DNA of 64,000 nucleotides from a phage: NCBI GenBank assembly GCA_036253055.1, contig GCA_036253055.1_4124.1; one strand, 5' to 3'. Shown piece by piece: positions 60,582 to 64,000 of this stretch (position 1 is its first letter; each line of letters starts with the position of its first letter). The notes under the pieces were generated by a model. It saw only the letters and a program-made list of their open reading frames with translations, ran no database searches and was not told where the DNA came from. The position numbers and the translations under genes were made by a program.

Positions 60582-61721
60582 ATGTTACCTTTTGCAAGAA
60601 TGGTTAAGTACGGGAATATCGCACCTGAACTGATTCTACCTAAAAACAGGTTACAATGTTCTGCTGATGCCAAATTTTATTTACACACAAATGGCAATCT
60701 ATATTGGTTTGGTTCTTCAGCATATGGACAAAGTGGTAATGGTTCATTGGACTCTTCAACTGAATGGACTCTTGTCAACTCAAATGTTACACGATATTGG
60801 GGTGGGGTACAAGGAACAATTGCTATAAAGAAAGATGGTACTATTTGGTACACTGGTAGACGTACTGTTATTCCAATACTATCTTCAAACACTAACGGCG
60901 TTTGGGTTGATATAACACAGAACTTTACTGATTTCGGTGTCAGTGCAGATGATATTGATAGTGTTGTGATATCTTCGTGTATGCGTGTATTTTTAAAAAA
61001 TGGAAAGTGGTTCTACTGTGGTGCTGGTACTGGTGGTGTTTTTGGGAATGGATCAACTTCAAGCGTTTCACGATTCACCTATAGTACAATAGAAAATGTT
61101 ATCAGTGCTGGTTGTGCAATATATAGTACTGGATTAGTACTAAATGATGGTTCATATTGGTATGCAGGTAGAACGTTTGTATCAGGAACGACGACACAAA
61201 ACTTGCTCACATTTACACAAGATACTTCGATTAGTAATGCAATTAAAGCAGTCAATACAAATGAAACTTCTTATATATTTCTTAATGATGGTAATGTTAA
61301 AGTTGCATCTATTAACGACTATGGACAAGCAGGTACAGGAAATAGGTCAGTAGCCCCAATGAGTACATTAATTCCAAATTTATCATTCCAAGGAGAAGTG
61401 GAGTTGGTGGGTGAGCTTGGGACAAACCTTACCGGACCATCCTGTATAATTAATAATAATAATAAGTTATTTTCATGTGGCCTTAATTCAAATGGTCAAT
61501 GTGGTATTGGTACAACTGATATGTATATAACATCATTCGCTGAAATGGATCTTACTGCATTAGAAGGTAGTAATCTTAGTAGTTTTTGTAAGAGCTATTC
61601 TTATACGATGTTAGTTGACGAATATAATAATTTATACACATGTGGTGTACCCAATCTTACTGGAATGTCTTCAACTACTGTACCAACAAGGGTTCCTGAT
61701 TCACTTCTACCGTGGAAATAA
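60582..61721 (+). CDS. RCC1-like repeat protein, paralog 3
   Basis: Start at MLPFARMVKYGNIAP (SD AAAGGAGGGAA); blade motifs. Confidence 0.7.
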   Translation: MLPFARMVKYGNIAPELILPKNRLQCSADAKFYLHTNGNLYWFGSSAYGQSGNGSLDSSTEWTLVNSNVTRYWGGVQGTIAIKKDGTIWYTGRRTVIPILSSNTNGVWVDITQNFTDFGVSADDIDSVVISSCMRVFLKNGKWFYCGAGTGGVFGNGSTSSVSRFTYSTIENVISAGCAIYSTGLVLNDGSYWYAGRTFVSGTTTQNLLTFTQDTSISNAIKAVNTNETSYIFLNDGNVKVASINDYGQAGTGNRSVAPMSTLIPNLSFQGEVELVGELGTNLTGPSCIINNNNKLFSCGLNSNGQCGIGTTDMYITSFAEMDLTALEGSNLSSFCKSYSYTMLVDEYNNLYTCGVPNLTGMSSTTVPTRVPDSLLPWK

Positions 61722-61727
61722 TATAAT

Positions 61728-61756
61728 GCCAGTACACTGTACTGGCTTTCTTATTT
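61728..61756 (+). terminator. Intrinsic terminator (GCCAGTACactGTACTGGC + T-rich)
   Basis: Identical hairpin to 60518. Confidence 0.7.
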
Positions 61757-61792
61757 GTATTAAATATAGTATAATGAATAAAGGAGGGAAAT

Positions 61793-62941
61793 ATGTTACC
61801 TTTTGTAAGAATGATGAATTATGGGAATATTGCCCCTGGTAAGGATAGGCGTTTTAAAATATATTCAAGTGATTCTATGTATCTTCATGATACTTATACT
61901 GATAAGTTGTATGCATCTTCTGCGACGAATTGGGGTACTGGTACAGGTGTAGCATCGAGTAAATTTATTCTTTGTGCGGAGAATGTTAAACGAGTTCTAT
62001 TGGAAGATAACAGTAGTAGTTGTCAACTGTATGAAGAGAAAGGTACTGGAAAAGTTTTTATCACTGGTAACACGAAGGCATTCACTGGTGTAACTGATAC
62101 AAAAACTTTGTGGACGGACTGTACTACATGGATAACATCAGGTGGTATTAATGTTTCTGATATAAAATACATGAGTAGTTTTAATGATATGAAGGTGAAT
62201 TTGATAACAAACGATGGTACGTTGTATTGTTGTGGAGTTAACAATAACTCGAACCTATCATCATTTGGTGATGGTACAAACATTAATTCTTTTAACACAT
62301 TCAAAAGGGTAGATACTATAACTTCGGTTAAAAAGGCAGTTGGTAACATATACCTAAAAGAAGATAATACTTTATGGGGTTGTGGTTTTAACTATTACTA
62401 TCAGTTAGGTACAGGTAATCAAACTTCTATTACTGGGGTGACGATGATTGCTTCGGATGTTATAGATTTTGATGTAAGTTATCAAAGTACATTTTTTATT
62501 AAATCGGATAATAATTTGTACGCTTGTGGTAAACAGTTCGGTGCACAATACGGAAACGAATTTGGCACAGGTGGTACTTCTTCATCTACCGATATACAAT
62601 ACAAAACTCCGACATTATTGAGTTCAGGAGTTTATACTCTATATACTTGTGTTAGTAACATGGCATCACATATAGCTAAAGGTGATGAAGTTCTATACGC
62701 ATCTGGGTCGAATGGATTTGGTCAATTAGGTGTTGGTAATAATATTAATCAGTACTCATATACTCCTTCGTATACTTCGTTTAATAGTTCGTGTAATTTT
62801 GTACGCACTCCATCTGGTTCACTTATACTTACGGACACTGAGCAATTATATTATTGTGGGTATGCTATGGTAGTAATGGGGGGAATTGCTGGACAAAACA
62901 TTCTTAGTTATACAGAAGTTGATATGTCATTTATACAATGA
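61793..62941 (+). CDS. RCC1-like repeat protein, paralog 4 (382 aa)
   Basis: MLPFVRMMNYGNIAPG; blade motifs. Confidence 0.7.
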   Translation: MLPFVRMMNYGNIAPGKDRRFKIYSSDSMYLHDTYTDKLYASSATNWGTGTGVASSKFILCAENVKRVLLEDNSSSCQLYEEKGTGKVFITGNTKAFTGVTDTKTLWTDCTTWITSGGINVSDIKYMSSFNDMKVNLITNDGTLYCCGVNNNSNLSSFGDGTNINSFNTFKRVDTITSVKKAVGNIYLKEDNTLWGCGFNYYYQLGTGNQTSITGVTMIASDVIDFDVSYQSTFFIKSDNNLYACGKQFGAQYGNEFGTGGTSSSTDIQYKTPTLLSSGVYTLYTCVSNMASHIAKGDEVLYASGSNGFGQLGVGNNINQYSYTPSYTSFNSSCNFVRTPSGSLILTDTEQLYYCGYAMVVMGGIAGQNILSYTEVDMSFIQ

Positions 62942-62947
62942 TTTAAT

Positions 62948-62976
62948 GCCAGTACAGAGTACTGGCTTTCTTATTT
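62948..62976 (+). terminator. Intrinsic terminator (GCCAGTACagaGTACTGGC + T-rich)
   Basis: Same hairpin family. Confidence 0.7.
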
Positions 62977-63012
62977 GTATTAAATATAGTATAATGAATA
63001 AAGGAGGAATTT

Positions 63013-64000
63013 ATGTTACCTTTTGCAAGAATGATGAATTATGGGAATATTGTCCCAGTACCACTTCAAATTAAGAAAATAATCCCAACTGATTTAGATG
63101 TTGTGGTTCTGTATACGGATGGTCAACTATATGCACGTGGGAATAATAGTTTTGGGAAATTCGGTAGAGGAAACAACACTGCATTAAAATCATGGACATT
63201 AATTAGAGAAAACGTTAACGATTGCTGGCTTACACAAGGAACTTTATTAGTAAAAGACAATGACTCAAATTATTATTACTGTGGATATGGTAGTCATATT
63301 GGTTTACCAACAAGTACTACTACGTTTTTAAGTTATAACCAATATATTCAAAATTTGTACACACAAAGTTCAAGTACTTCAATTAAACAGATGTATGGAG
63401 GTACTACGTGGTTTACGGTATTAATGGATAATAATACAATATGGAGTACAGGGTGGAACAGTGCTAGACAATTCGCCGATGGAACGGGAACTACTTATGA
63501 AATAACCGATGGTTCATTTGTAAAAGCGGTCACACCTAATGTTGATATTGCACAAATACAGTCAACAAATAACTGTGTATTGTTGTTTGATAAACAAAAT
63601 AATTTATATATTGGTGGTGTTACATCCGGTATAAGTTCCGCGACTACATGGACTTCATATAATGAATATACTTTATATCAACCAAATACAACATACACAA
63701 AAACGTTACAATACACAGGATGCTCAACTGGTGCAGTAAGTGCTTTAGTTGAAAATCCAAATACAGGAGCACGTCAGTTCCTTGTCGGTGGGTTAGCTAA
63801 TAATGGGGCATGGGGAAATAACACTACATCTAGCTCTGTTAATGGAGTTTTAGGAAATAACAGTACGACGTTACCACCCGGTACTTTGTATTCAATTCAT
63901 ACTGGATACCCACCACAATCTAGTATACTAATTACGAGTACTGGTGTATATGCAACTGGTTTAAATGCCAGTAGTTATGCTGGTTCATTGGGTATTGGTA
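63013..64000 (+). CDS. RCC1-like repeat protein, paralog 5 (partial, runs off window)
   Basis: SD AAGGAGG + ATG 63013, N-terminus MLPFARMMNYGNIVP; frame read by eye as open to window end; absent from track. Confidence 0.55.
   Translation, partial: MLPFARMMNYGNIVPVPLQIKKIIPTDLDVVVLYTDGQLYARGNNSFGKFGRGNNTALKSWTLIRENVNDCWLTQGTLLVKDNDSNYYYCGYGSHIGLPTSTTTFLSYNQYIQNLYTQSSSTSIKQMYGGTTWFTVLMDNNTIWSTGWNSARQFADGTGTTYEITDGSFVKAVTPNVDIAQIQSTNNCVLLFDKQNNLYIGGVTSGISSATTWTSYNEYTLYQPNTTYTKTLQYTGCSTGAVSALVENPNTGARQFLVGGLANNGAWGNNTTSSSVNGVLGNNSTTLPPGTLYSIHTGYPPQSSILITSTGVYATGLNASSYAGSLGIG

Noticed and set aside
61615-63074. Track ORFs 61615-61842 and 62886-63074 spanning RCC1 gene junctions
   Set aside because: They run across the intergenic terminator and promoter elements out of frame with the conserved MLPF starts; they are read-through of conserved intergenic sequence, not genes. 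Track ORF starts at 59381 and 60420 are similarly upstream extensions of paralogs 2 and 3.
1-64000. Integrated mobile element or prophage boundary (integrase, transposase, att sites)
   Set aside because: No integrase/transposase-like ORF and no tRNA-associated attachment site; the repeats present are internal regulatory repeats and gene duplications.

Overview
AT-rich 64-kb window that reads like an accessory region of a large virulent bacteriophage; host and phage identity cannot be determined from sequence alone. Evidence for a bacterial-virus context: near-consensus sigma70 promoters (TTGACA/TTGCAA-N16-17-TATAAT), Shine-Dalgarno sites, intrinsic terminators, ATGA-type start/stop overlaps; no tRNA, rRNA, integrase or transposase seen. 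Almost all coding is on the minus strand, in blocks: (1) 24-27,910, about 60 head-to-tail small genes, about 45 of which share the core motif E-E-x-[LYF]-F-Q-x-S-[LT]-[VI] (family A); (2) 27,900-33,521, 26 tandem ~70-aa paralogs with an L-G-T-N-Y-Q-E motif (family B), with further copies at 12.3, 25.3 and 26 kb; (3) 33,552-52,150, about 50 small genes, many monocistronic, behind a repeated cassette of AGTACT-containing promoter, conserved GTTTTACAT start region and a GGGGAGAA-N3-TTCTCCCC palindrome, including a protein-kinase-like gene, a GNAT acetyltransferase and a TraR/DksA zinc finger; (4) 52,150-54,040, 1.9 kb with no credible ORF but dense iterons and palindromes (candidate origin or control region); (5) 54,045-58,089, about 17 tandem ~60-aa paralogs (family C). 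On the plus strand, 58,191-64,000 holds five tandem RCC1-like beta-propeller paralogs with a conserved N-terminal MLPFxRMxxYGNIxPG module. Many track ORF starts are artefacts (translation of promoter/hairpin cassettes, or GTG/TTG starts) and were moved to SD-preceded ATGs; several sub-60-aa genes absent from the track were added. All coordinates were derived by eye and should be treated as approximate to a few nucleotides. The most striking feature is the scale of the tandem paralog expansions, above all the FQ-core family.
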